DNA of 64,000 nt, from contig JABMQJ010000007.1 of the NCBI GenBank assembly GCA_013203315.1, forward strand, positions 3,270 to 67,269, read 5' to 3'. This DNA comes from Candidatus Omnitrophota bacterium. GTDB lineage: Bacteria > Omnitrophota > Gorgyraeia > JABMRN01 > RBG-13-46-9. Made by a program: the position numbers and the translations under genes. The notes under the pieces were generated by a model. It had not been told where the DNA came from. It did not search any database and saw only the letters and a list, made by a program, of their open reading frames with translations. Below are positions 9,046 through 18,679 of this stretch, in pieces; the first letter of the stretch is position 1; each line of letters begins with the position of its first letter.

Positions 9046-10253
9046 GAGGAAAGACTCTTGTATATACCCTCGTATTTGTCAACGGCTGCGTTAAGTGATA
9101 AATATTTTTCTGCTGCCTGTCTACAACGCGCAGGAAGCCCTGTGTCTTTAAGCAAGTTTTTCAATTCTAAGATCGCATTTTTATAAGATTCCTTGTCGAA
9201 ACTGTTTATTACAACGCCTACTTTATCATTGCGCACAATTTCTTCCGTATCTCCTATTCCGCTGTTTATTACAACGGGCAAGCCGCATGCCAAATATTCG
9301 CCGAATTTCACCGGTGAAGACGATAGCTTTGAAAAAACCGGTTTAATAAAGAACATTCCCAGGTTAGAGCTTGAAAGATAATCAGGTATAATATCGTAAG
9401 AAACAGAATCAATTGTAAACTGTTGTGCGCCAAGGCCTTTCTTGTCAGCCATATTCTTTGCATAGTCCCTATCTTTCCCGATTAGAAGTAAAAGATGCGC
9501 ATTATCGATACATTGCCTGGCGGCTTTAAAAAAATCTATCATCTCTTCCAACATGTACCAAGTACCCACGGAACCAATATACGTAATAATAAATTTGTTT
9601 TTAAAAGCAGGTGCCTGGGATAAGCGAATACTTTCGTTCCTTTTTGGCTTAAACTTTTCTGTGTCAGCAGCGCAAGGAATAACGGAAAACTTTATGCCAG
9701 ATTCATGGTATTTATTTTTTAGGATTTCAAAAAATTTCTCTGTTAGAACAATTACATGGTCCGAGGACCTGGTTAAAACCCCTTCTAAGAAGCTGACTAT
9801 TTTGTGTTTGACTCCGTTTCTTTTCCACAAACCTGCATCTACATATTCTTCGGAATCTATTCCCCTTGTATCGAATATAAATTTCCGCGATAGCAGCCTT
9901 GCAACCGGATAGCCTATTAAAGCCGCAACCACTGCCCTTGCGTGAACGATGTTAATTCCGTTCCGACTAATAATGTAGAGGCTGTAAAAAAACCCACAAA
10001 TCACATCGAACGCAGTCGCGGGAATTGTAGGTTTTTTGTGGTATTTCAAACTGAACCATTCAATGCCGGGTATTTTGTAAATATTTTTTTCTTTTATAGC
10101 CTTTTTTTCGAATGTTAGAAGATAGAATTTAATGCCTCTTTTCGAAAGTTCCCTTAAGTATGGAATAACTTGCGATTGAACTATTGGCTCGGATATTCCG
10201 TTGTAGGATATATAAAGCGCTTTTACTATTTTATCCGGCATCTTTTCCGCCAT
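9042..10253 (-). CDS. GT4-family glycosyltransferase
   Basis: GT-B C-terminal domain with KFGEYLACGLPVVINSGIGDTEEIV (E-x7-E-like motif). ATGA overlap with the downstream methyltransferase. Confidence 0.65.
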   Translation of the reverse strand: MAEKMPDKIVKALYISYNGISEPIVQSQVIPYLRELSKRGIKFYLLTFEKKAIKEKNIYKIPGIEWFSLKYHKKPTIPATAFDVICGFFYSLYIISRNGINIVHARAVVAALIGYPVARLLSRKFIFDTRGIDSEEYVDAGLWKRNGVKHKIVSFLEGVLTRSSDHVIVLTEKFFEILKNKYHESGIKFSVIPCAADTEKFKPKRNESIRLSQAPAFKNKFIITYIGSVGTWYMLEEMIDFFKAARQCIDNAHLLLLIGKDRDYAKNMADKKGLGAQQFTIDSVSYDIIPDYLSSSNLGMFFIKPVFSKLSSSPVKFGEYLACGLPVVINSGIGDTEEIVRNDKVGVVINSFDKESYKNAILELKNLLKDTGLPARCRQAAEKYLSLNAAVDKYEGIYKSLSS

Positions 10254-11556
10254 CCACTTTACGCAACATCCTGTCGATTCCCAATCCGATGAAAATAAAA
10301 CCTATGTAATAAATAATGCACTTCTGCCGAATCAAAGTCCCCATATTAGCCTGCGTCAATCCCAGAATGCTTAACCAGCATAGAAATGTAAATAGCGGTA
10401 TAAATGTCTTTTTAAATTCTGCCTTTATCGAAATCCACATACCGCTTACAAGGAAAGGAAGAAGACACCACCATATGATTGATTCGATATTTGCCGCTAT
10501 ATGCAATGTGCTGGCCGGCAGCGCTAAAAAAGGTAAAAGTAAGGCGGCTAAAAAACCTAATGGGAAATAAAGTATTGTTGTAGCATGTGTCGATGTGGAT
10601 AACGTCCAGAGATACCCTGTATTGGTAAAAGAGCTGGAATATCTAACCTGGGAAAGCATTGCGGGAATTTGCTCCAGCTGTACATACAGATTAGATAAAA
10701 ATGGTCCTTTAAATACCTGTAGCAAAATAAGCGCTATCAGGGAAACTAATATAACAAAATTTTTATATCGCCATTTCCACAATGCGACAAAATAAAAAAT
10801 TATCGCTGGAAAGATTATGGCAAGAAACCTTTTCGTGAAATATACGACAAGAAGCGAAAGCAGTAAAAAAAGCACGTTTCTTAGATTCGGGCTTTTGCGT
10901 ATTTTCATGCATAAATAAAACGCGAGAATAAGCGCTAATACAAGCATTGGTTCCTTAAAATTGAAAAGTGACCAAAAAAATGTAGACGGCCAGAGCAAAA
11001 ACAGAGAAAGAACGAGAGTCGTAACTTCATTTCTTATATTTAGATCCTTACAGAGGAAATACACTGGTATAATAATGACGGCATAAAAAAAGCAATTTAA
11101 TATAAGAAGTATCTGCCCACCGCATGTGCCGAACAAATAAAAAATAAAAGCACTATATAACTGATAGCGTTGTACATCTTCACGGGCGCCGCCGATAAGG
11201 TTAAAATAAGAAAGCTTTTTAATTGGGAAAAATTTCCCTTCTCGCCATAAGTCTCCTACTATCGTACCAAAATCCCCGTATGTATAGTCGTCACCTTTGT
11301 AAGAAAATCCGTAAAATTTTGTATCCACTGTTTCGTTGTATAAAAAAAGACTTATCAAAACGTGTAAGAGAAAAGCCAACAAAAATAACGTTAAAATTTT
11401 TGTCCGCATGTTCTTTTCGACTTTGCGCGTAATAAAATAGATACCCGCCAAGGCAAGTCCGACAACGGCTATAAGCTGCGGCATTCTATCCATGCCTAGT
11501 AGCGCAATCACAAACGCAAACGCGGTAATTAAAATATATTTTAGCGGTCTTCGCAT
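10231..11556 (-). CDS. Polytopic membrane protein, function unknown (candidate Wzy/O-antigen-ligase-like or GT-C)
   Basis: 441 aa with about 11-12 hydrophobic helices. Periplasmic-like loop YKGDDYTYGDFG. I recognise no soluble catalytic domain. Confidence 0.35.
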   Translation of the reverse strand: MRRPLKYILITAFAFVIALLGMDRMPQLIAVVGLALAGIYFITRKVEKNMRTKILTLFLLAFLLHVLISLFLYNETVDTKFYGFSYKGDDYTYGDFGTIVGDLWREGKFFPIKKLSYFNLIGGAREDVQRYQLYSAFIFYLFGTCGGQILLILNCFFYAVIIIPVYFLCKDLNIRNEVTTLVLSLFLLWPSTFFWSLFNFKEPMLVLALILAFYLCMKIRKSPNLRNVLFLLLSLLVVYFTKRFLAIIFPAIIFYFVALWKWRYKNFVILVSLIALILLQVFKGPFLSNLYVQLEQIPAMLSQVRYSSSFTNTGYLWTLSTSTHATTILYFPLGFLAALLLPFLALPASTLHIAANIESIIWWCLLPFLVSGMWISIKAEFKKTFIPLFTFLCWLSILGLTQANMGTLIRQKCIIYYIGFIFIGLGIDRMLRKVDGGKDAG

Positions 11557-11562
11557 AACTTG

Positions 11563-13551
11563 TTATGCCTTTTTTACACTTGCTCCCACGACAACAATTA
11601 TAAGACTAAAAAGCGAAATCCCCACCCATAAAGGGTTAAAATAGTCAAAGTACAGATCCAGCCTATACAAGCCTTTCTCCGGCAGCGAAAGCTTCATGAG
11701 ATTATACTCGTCCCACATGATGCGCGCCGGCTCTCCGTTCAAGCGTGCACGCCAGAGCGGGTGGCGGGCGATTTTAACAAAAGCGACATTTCTTGGCGAA
11801 TCATTTCGTATATCGGCCTTTACACGCTGGTTCTCCAAAGATAACTTTTCATAAGCAGCTTCTTTTTCAAAGCTTATCCATTTGCCCCGAAAATCTTTTA
11901 AACGGAATATGCTGAAAATACCAAAATCCGCCTGATCAGAAAAGAATCCGGATTTGGCCAGTTTATTCTTTAAGTCCGGCTCCACGGTTACGATGTGGCT
12001 TGCGTTAAACCGATCCATTGTACTTTTGATCCGGGAATTTTCAATTTCTTTTACCGGCACACCGAATATCCTTCCCTGGTCATTACGCATGTACTTCTCC
12101 TGAGGAAAGGATGAAGCGGAGCGCGAAACGCCTATTTGCGGAATCCGTGTAAAAACGCCCGACAGGGCAAATGCGTCGCTTCTTTTTAAAATGGGGTCAT
12201 CCACATTGCCAATCGTGTTTTGATATACAATTCTGGACCGGCCGAGGGGTATATTCTCGTTAACCCAATCCCAAACCTTGTAAATGTCCGACATCTGGGG
12301 TGATTCCTCCAATGTCCGGGAAGCATCACGCGCAATATAATTGTAATGCGAGGCCGCGGAAAACATTAACAAAATTACGCATATAGCCGCCAGAATACCC
12401 CTTCTTCCGAAACGCTTGAACAATCTACCGGCGCCATAAGCCGCAAATACATACATACACAATTGTATGTACACGAAGAATCTGCTCATCTGTAGAGTTG
12501 GAACCAGAGGTATCTTGTGCCACCAATCAAAACCCGTAAAAAGATCTATAAAAAACGGGAAACATATTACCACGAACCAAAAGATACGCCATAAAGAACG
12601 CTTTGTATTTGGATTTTTTTCGCTTTTGAAAAATAGGAATGCACCCAAAAGGCTAAAGAAAATTCTTGCCATAACAGGCAAGTTTATTGCAAGCGTTGAG
12701 GCGCCGGTTACCGTTGTAAGCGGGCCAAAGAAGGATTTCGCGCCCCACCGGATGCCCTCTTCGAGGGGCGTTGCGCCACCCAATTTCTCAAAGTAATTCC
12801 CTCCGATAAAAAAACCTGCCAGATAGTAAAAAGAAATCATGACGGCTGACAAGGGTATTATATATGAACAGATTAAAGATTCCGTAAAACGAATTTTTCC
12901 TCTGTACGCATTTAGCACATAGGGAATCAAATATATAAAAAGAATGATTCCTGTGATTATCGCCGCGTAGATATGGACCAATATGATTGAAGCAAAAATA
13001 AGCCCCAAAAGAAAGGCCTTCTTTAACGTCATGGCCTTAATGTTTTTGTCCAGTAGGTGCAAAAATATGAAGAAAAGTCCGATTGCCAGAAAATTATTCC
13101 ACATGCCGACAAGAATTTTGTCGTAATAAATATCGCTTTGCAGCATAAGGCAGGCGGTAATAAGCATTGAGGGCATTTTGCCGAAACGAAACGAGGTAAA
13201 TTTATAAAATCCGGCGCCCATAAATACATAGCTAAACAGGACCATTAGTTTATAAGAAAAATTAAGCGGGAGGAAAAATACCTTGTTTAAAACGACCATT
13301 ACTAGCGACGTTAACTGGTTATAATCAATAAAAATAGGCATGCCGGCCATCCCCTGCATGCTCCAACCGCTTATCCAGTGGTATTTGGGAATGAGTGTAT
13401 TAGCTAAATAGTAGAGATCGTAATAATGGAAAGAGTTGTCATATCCTGACATAAGGCCGGGAGCAAATATGCCCCTAAACATGAAAAGCCCGAGGGCTGC
13501 GATCAGTACATAATAGATATAATATTTTGTATATTTTACCAAGATAGCCAT
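11563..13551 (-). CDS. Large membrane protein: ~400 aa polytopic N-terminal domain plus ~230 aa soluble domain and a C-terminal TM anchor (GT-C / YfhO-like architecture, unassigned)
   Basis: 662 aa. Many TM helices up to about residue 400, then a hydrophilic domain (..VTVEPDLKNKLAKSGFFSDQADFG..), ending in a hydrophobic helix LWVGISLFSLIIVVVGA. Confidence 0.35.
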   Translation of the reverse strand: MAILVKYTKYYIYYVLIAALGLFMFRGIFAPGLMSGYDNSFHYYDLYYLANTLIPKYHWISGWSMQGMAGMPIFIDYNQLTSLVMVVLNKVFFLPLNFSYKLMVLFSYVFMGAGFYKFTSFRFGKMPSMLITACLMLQSDIYYDKILVGMWNNFLAIGLFFIFLHLLDKNIKAMTLKKAFLLGLIFASIILVHIYAAIITGIILFIYLIPYVLNAYRGKIRFTESLICSYIIPLSAVMISFYYLAGFFIGGNYFEKLGGATPLEEGIRWGAKSFFGPLTTVTGASTLAINLPVMARIFFSLLGAFLFFKSEKNPNTKRSLWRIFWFVVICFPFFIDLFTGFDWWHKIPLVPTLQMSRFFVYIQLCMYVFAAYGAGRLFKRFGRRGILAAICVILLMFSAASHYNYIARDASRTLEESPQMSDIYKVWDWVNENIPLGRSRIVYQNTIGNVDDPILKRSDAFALSGVFTRIPQIGVSRSASSFPQEKYMRNDQGRIFGVPVKEIENSRIKSTMDRFNASHIVTVEPDLKNKLAKSGFFSDQADFGIFSIFRLKDFRGKWISFEKEAAYEKLSLENQRVKADIRNDSPRNVAFVKIARHPLWRARLNGEPARIMWDEYNLMKLSLPEKGLYRLDLYFDYFNPLWVGISLFSLIIVVVGASVKKA

Positions 13552-13723
13552 GCGTATTGTTCTCCTGAAACGGCTTGATTCGCACTCAACAGTTTCTCAT
13601 ATTCTTAGGCCAGCGTCAATTCATTTTTTGCAGATAGGGACGGTTCTGGCCTCGAACGTGAAATACGTTGAAATAAGCGCGAAGATGATATAAAATACAT
13701 AACCGTAATAAGGTGCTAAAAAA

Positions 13724-14103
13724 ATGGATAACAAGATTAAACACGTTTTATTTACCGTATTTTTGGCTTTACGACTACTTGAGTTCTCTTTCCGCATAAT
13801 ATATTCAATCAGGTACCGCAATTTTGACTATATAACTTATGGCTTTTTAAATATCGGGAGATTTAACCTCGACTACTTCAATGGTTATGCGAAATTAAGA
13901 ACCCCATCAAGACCGGAAGACAAGCTTAACCACGGACTAAAAGATTCCGAATATAAAGTCATCAATGCTGGGGTATCAAGTCAGACCCTCTATGGAGAGG
14001 TAAATTGGGCCTGATATTACGCGACAAGATTGTTCACATGACAGATTACGGAAAGGCGTTACTTGCAGAAATTATCGCGGAACAAATTATCGAATTACGG
14101 AAA
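13724..14103 (+). pseudogene. Possible frameshifted remnant ORF in the strand-switch region (distantly SGNH-hydrolase-like blocks)
   Basis: ORF 13724..14014 (..KVINAGVSSQTLYG..) terminates. The -1 frame then continues open to 14103 with ..LRDKIVHMTDYGKALLAEIIAEQI.. (a DxxH-type C-terminal block). The two pieces are too short to be an intact enzyme. Confidence 0.2.
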
Positions 14104-14111
14104 TAGTTAAA

Positions 14112-15665
14112 ATGGCCAACATTAGTTTTATTACACTTTATGACAAGGGATGCATGGGCACAAGATATCTATCCTCCTTGCTAAAAGCGGAGGGGCACGC
14201 AACATCTATAGTATACTTAGGAAGGCATGAGGGAAAAATCAAAAAGGGTAACGATGCCTTAAATTCCGACGAGGATCTGTGGATAAGTGTTAATGAGTAC
14301 GGGAAAGACTTGGTTCGTAGCTATTCTGACCCAATCAGCGAAAACGATATAGATATTTTACTGGATCTCCTGGCTAAAATAAAACCTGATGCGCTGGGCT
14401 TTTCCCTGCGATCCATGTTTTTAAACACAGCCACACAACTAGTAAATCGGATTCGGGAAAAGTTTGATTTCCCTATTATTTTCGGCGGAATAGCCGCGAC
14501 ATGCGATCCCGAAAAATGTATTCGTGAGGCAGACATAGTCTGCTTAGGCGATGGCGAACAGGCCATGTTAGAGATAGCCCGACGGATAGACAAGAAAGCC
14601 CCCTTAAACGACGTAAATAATCTCTGGGTGCGTTCTAACGATAATATTTATAAAAATGGGTTATACCCGCTTGAACAAAATCTGGATAAATTCCCCTTTC
14701 CGGACTACGACTCTTTAAATAAATTCTCGATTCACAATGGCGCGCTTATTGAAAACGATCCTGCCATCGGCAACATGAGTAAATATACCTACGAAATCGT
14801 AACATCACGCGGGTGCCCTTTTTCATGCACCTACTGCTGTAATGACGTGCTTAAAAATACTTATGAGGGGCAGAAATACCTTCGTCGGAGATCCGTAGAA
14901 AATGTTATCGACGAATTGAAAATCGCAAAAGAAAAGCACGGCATAAAATCCGTCCTATTCAAGGATGAAGTCTTCACGTTTGATTTGAATTGGATTAAAA
15001 ATTTTTCTGAAGCTTACAAAAAGGAAATTGCCCTCCCCTTCTGGTGTTATACGTATCCGGCGTTTGCTGATAGTCAAATTCTTAATTTGCTAAAAGATTC
15101 CGGCATGTTTAATGTAACGATGGGCATTCAGTCCGGCAGCGAAAGCATCCTTTACAATACTTTTAATCGAAGGACCTCGATAGAGAAAATTATTTCTGCC
15201 GCGGATACCCTGATACGTTTAAAATTGCCTATAAGGCCCCGTTATGATATCATAACCAATAATCCGTTTGAAACCGAGAACGATCGCCAGGCTACCCTTG
15301 AATTATTGATGCGCCTTGATAAGCCCGTAGATTTTGGATTAACCAAACTTTCCTTTATACCGGGATCCAAGATCGTCCGGATGCGGGAGGAAAAACACAT
15401 AACCGGAGTAGTCGACGAAGATCTTTATAAGTTTTGGAATACTTTATATTTATTGAATCAATATAGTTTTTTCCCTAACCGTTTCATTAGGGCTTTGAGT
15501 AGAAGTAAGTTTTTCCGGGACAAACCGCAATTTTTGCAGTTGTTGCTTGTGCCTAAATTCGCAGAAACCAAATTTCAGGGTTTTTTGGATTCATTGAAGG
15601 GATGTATACCCGGAAATGCTATCTTATTTTTGAAGAAAATCCGTTATATTGTAAAAAGATACTAA
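14112..15665 (+). CDS. B12-binding domain radical SAM enzyme (class B rSAM)
   Basis: N-terminal Rossmann-like cobalamin-binding region, then TSRGCPFSCTYC (CxxxCxxC) radical-SAM cluster motif. 517 aa. Confidence 0.75.
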   Translation: MANISFITLYDKGCMGTRYLSSLLKAEGHATSIVYLGRHEGKIKKGNDALNSDEDLWISVNEYGKDLVRSYSDPISENDIDILLDLLAKIKPDALGFSLRSMFLNTATQLVNRIREKFDFPIIFGGIAATCDPEKCIREADIVCLGDGEQAMLEIARRIDKKAPLNDVNNLWVRSNDNIYKNGLYPLEQNLDKFPFPDYDSLNKFSIHNGALIENDPAIGNMSKYTYEIVTSRGCPFSCTYCCNDVLKNTYEGQKYLRRRSVENVIDELKIAKEKHGIKSVLFKDEVFTFDLNWIKNFSEAYKKEIALPFWCYTYPAFADSQILNLLKDSGMFNVTMGIQSGSESILYNTFNRRTSIEKIISAADTLIRLKLPIRPRYDIITNNPFETENDRQATLELLMRLDKPVDFGLTKLSFIPGSKIVRMREEKHITGVVDEDLYKFWNTLYLLNQYSFFPNRFIRALSRSKFFRDKPQFLQLLLVPKFAETKFQGFLDSLKGCIPGNAILFLKKIRYIVKRY

Positions 15666-15692
15666 TCGCAGTACAGAGAGAAGGGTTAAATA

Positions 15693-16421
15693 ATGCTTTG
15701 GCTAATGTTTGCGGCCTATAACGAAAGAGAGAATCTTGCCAACCTGCTGCCCGGGCTATCAAACTTCCTGGAAGGCAAGATTAAAGACTATAAAATATTA
15801 ATCGTCGATGACGGCAGTACCGACTCGACAAAAAATATCGCCGATTCTTTGGATAAGCCCCTCCCCATCGAAATAATTTCGCATGAAAAAAATAAGGGAG
15901 TCGGTGAAGTATTTAAAACCGGCTTCTCTGCGATAAGCCGTCTCGCCGGGCAAGATGATCTCGTAGTCGTCCTGGAGGCAGATGGAACCAGTGACTACAC
16001 GTTAATACCTGAATTGGTCAGGAAACTCGAAGGCGGCATGGATATAGTCATCGCTTCTCGCTATATAAAAGGTGGTGCCTATAGGAATTTTCCGCTAAAA
16101 AGGCATTTAATAAGCCATATCGGCAATGTTATTTTAAGCATGGCATTCAGGAATAAACGCATAAAAGACTACACTATATTTTTTAGAGGCTACCGGGTCG
16201 AGCTCCTGAAGAAGGCCCTGTCGCAGTATAAGGACGGGTTTATTACATCAAATACGTTTCTTGCCAATACGGAAGCGCTTATAAACCTTACGAAACTTAC
16301 CGATAAGATAGATGAGGTCCCGTTCGTATATTCCTATGAGGTAAAAATCGGTAAGAGTAAAATGCCTCTTCTAAAGACGCTTTTTGATTATATCAAATTC
16401 CTGCTTACTAAACGCGCTTGA
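15693..16421 (+). CDS. DPM1-like GT2 polyprenyl-phosphate monosaccharide synthase (no TM)
   Basis: LIVDDGSTDST..EADGTSD (DXD) GT-A core, about 240 aa, DPM1/Ppm1-like size and motifs. Confidence 0.7.
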   Translation: MLWLMFAAYNERENLANLLPGLSNFLEGKIKDYKILIVDDGSTDSTKNIADSLDKPLPIEIISHEKNKGVGEVFKTGFSAISRLAGQDDLVVVLEADGTSDYTLIPELVRKLEGGMDIVIASRYIKGGAYRNFPLKRHLISHIGNVILSMAFRNKRIKDYTIFFRGYRVELLKKALSQYKDGFITSNTFLANTEALINLTKLTDKIDEVPFVYSYEVKIGKSKMPLLKTLFDYIKFLLTKRA

Positions 16422-17142
16422 CCGCTCGAGCACTTCGCTCGCGAAAATAAATCGCATACCACACACGCCAAACGTCCGCCATGGCGCCAAAAAGTACGCC
16501 CATCCTAATTCCGTGCGAGCGGCCGCTTCTCCTGGGAGAAGTTTCAACCGGATAGTCAATTATGCGATACCCGGCGCGGGTTGCGCGTATTAAACGTTCC
16601 GCCTCCGAAAACGGAGTTTTAGAAACCAATGTAAATTTCTCGATAATTTCACGCTTCATAAGCTTGACAGCCCCCGCGTCAAATGTATGAATCCCAAATA
16701 ATGCACGAGGCACCATATTAAAAAACCATGAAATAAATTCCCTCCATAGCCCGTAATTCTTTTTCTTCCGTCGCGCGATAACTATATCGCACTTCCTCAC
16801 CAAAGGCAACATTTTCAAAATTATCGCGGTATCCCATTGTCTGTCGGAGGCATTCACGAAAATAAAGTCCTTTCTGGATTCTTTATATAAATGTTCAAAA
16901 CTGGCGTGTATCCCGATATTGCGCGGATGGTTAATTACGCGAATGTCGGGAAAGCGTCCGACCATCTCCCTGATTTTCTCGGGTGAACGATCCGTTGAAC
17001 CGTCGTTGCAAACTAAGATTTCATAATCCAGCCCGGAATTTGCGAGAAGCCGGTGAGAACTTTCCAGTACTTCGCTTATCGTAGCTTCCTCGTTATATAC
17101 GGGAAATCCTACCGAGACACTGGGAAGATTCATGTTTTTCAT
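16408..17142 (-). CDS. DPM1-like GT2 polyprenyl-phosphate monosaccharide synthase
   Basis: VGFPVYNEE..VCNDGSTDRS..NASDRQ motifs. Its 3' end overlaps the convergent + strand GT2 by about 14 nt. Confidence 0.7.
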   Translation of the reverse strand: MKNMNLPSVSVGFPVYNEEATISEVLESSHRLLANSGLDYEILVCNDGSTDRSPEKIREMVGRFPDIRVINHPRNIGIHASFEHLYKESRKDFIFVNASDRQWDTAIILKMLPLVRKCDIVIARRKKKNYGLWREFISWFFNMVPRALFGIHTFDAGAVKLMKREIIEKFTLVSKTPFSEAERLIRATRAGYRIIDYPVETSPRRSGRSHGIRMGVLFGAMADVWRVWYAIYFRERSARAVKRV

Positions 17143-18167
17143 TTTGCTATTTTCATCGTGGTAAGTTTAATCGGACGGCCTTTGCAAGATATGGACTTAG
17201 TAGCCGCTTCCAGGATTTGCACTACCCTTAATCCTGATTCACCGTCAGTGATGGGGTGTTTCTTTTTTTCTATACAATTGACAAAATGCGCCGCCTCTGT
17301 ACGTAAGGCTTCGGTTATATCAAGTTGTGGAACCCATATATCGCCTGTTCGGTAGCTTACTAACATCTTGTATATGCTTTTAGCATCGCTCTTAACATTG
17401 ATCCCTTTGTCGTAAACCTTAACCTTCTCGCTCGGTTCCAGATCATCATAAACAATCATTTTCTGGCTTCCGCCTATTAACGTGCGGCGGACTTTCACCG
17501 GAGCCAGCCAATTGACATGTATATGGGCTATCAAACGATTCTTAAAAAACAACGTAAGATAAGCAATGTTCTCCGGCTGATTGGCAACATGACTCATGCC
17601 GGTAGCAGATACGGCGTACGGCCGCATCGGTAGTAGATAATCTATGACCGAGACATCGTGTACGGCTAAGTCCCATATAACGTTGACGTCATGCTGGAAC
17701 AGGCCAAGATTAACGCGCACCGCATCGTAATAATAGATATCCCCGAGTTCCTTGCTTTTTATTAATTCTTTAATCCTGCGAACTGCCCCTGTGTATACAA
17801 ATGTGTGATCCACCATTAGAACACGTTTTCTGCGATCGGCTTCTTTTATGAGCAATGACGCTTTTTCTTTTGTTGTCGCCAGAGGCTTTTCCAGCAAAAC
17901 GTGCTTGCCGGCCTTTAACGCCTCCATCGCTATCTTAAAATGGGTTGAACATGGCGTAGCTATTGCAACGGCGTCGAGATCCTTGTTGGTGAGCAAATCT
18001 CGATAATCATTTGTTGTTTTTACATATGGATATCTCTGCTTTACAGCACTTAGGCGTTCCGGTCGGAGATCCGTTACGGCAATAACTTTGCAGCCCGGCG
18101 TTTCAGCAAAATTCCGCACTAAATTCGGCCCCCAATAACCATAGCCAATCACACCAATGTGAACCAT
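17139..18167 (-). CDS. Gfo/Idh/MocA-family NAD-dependent sugar oxidoreductase (WbpB-like UDP-sugar 3-dehydrogenase)
   Basis: N-terminal VIGYGYWGPNLVRNF Rossmann motif and EKP motif (LLEKPLA). Confidence 0.75.
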   Translation of the reverse strand: MVHIGVIGYGYWGPNLVRNFAETPGCKVIAVTDLRPERLSAVKQRYPYVKTTNDYRDLLTNKDLDAVAIATPCSTHFKIAMEALKAGKHVLLEKPLATTKEKASLLIKEADRRKRVLMVDHTFVYTGAVRRIKELIKSKELGDIYYYDAVRVNLGLFQHDVNVIWDLAVHDVSVIDYLLPMRPYAVSATGMSHVANQPENIAYLTLFFKNRLIAHIHVNWLAPVKVRRTLIGGSQKMIVYDDLEPSEKVKVYDKGINVKSDAKSIYKMLVSYRTGDIWVPQLDITEALRTEAAHFVNCIEKKKHPITDGESGLRVVQILEAATKSISCKGRPIKLTTMKIAK

Positions 18168-18169
18168 TA

Positions 18170-18679
18170 TTACACTCCTTTTTTGCGCACGTCACCTATG
18201 ACTTTAGCCGGCACCCCGGCTACGATAGAGTAATCCGGCACATCCTGCGTCACCACGGCACCCGCGCCTATCATGGCGCTTTTACCTATGGTAACCCCGC
18301 ACATGATCGTAGCAGAGCTGCCGATTGAACAGCCGCTCTTGACACAAATTGCGCTAACCTTCCAATCGGTTTCGGTTTTCAAGCGCCCTCCTACGGCAGA
18401 TCTCGGATAGCGGTCATTAATGAACATGGCGCCGTGGCCTACAAATACTTCGTCTTCAATTGTCACGCCTTCACAGATAAATGTATGCGAAGATATCTTA
18501 CAACGCGCGCCTACTTTGGCATTTTTTTGAATTTCTACGAAAGAACCTATTTTAGTTTCATCGCCTATGCTGCAACCATAGAGATTTACAAGTTCGGGGT
18601 GCGGTATTTTTACGTCTTTCCCCAGTCGTACATCTTTTTCTATCGGCATATTATGCTCCTCTCCTCCGGCGGTCACCAC
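18170..18679 (-). CDS. Hexapeptide-repeat (left-handed beta-helix) acetyltransferase (WbpD-like)
   Basis: Repeated [LIV]G.....[IV] hexapeptide units (IGSFVEI, VGARCKI, VFVGHGA, CSIGSSATI, VTIGKSAMIGAG). Confidence 0.7.
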   Translation of the reverse strand: MVTAGGEEHNMPIEKDVRLGKDVKIPHPELVNLYGCSIGDETKIGSFVEIQKNAKVGARCKISSHTFICEGVTIEDEVFVGHGAMFINDRYPRSAVGGRLKTETDWKVSAICVKSGCSIGSSATIMCGVTIGKSAMIGAGAVVTQDVPDYSIVAGVPAKVIGDVRKKGV

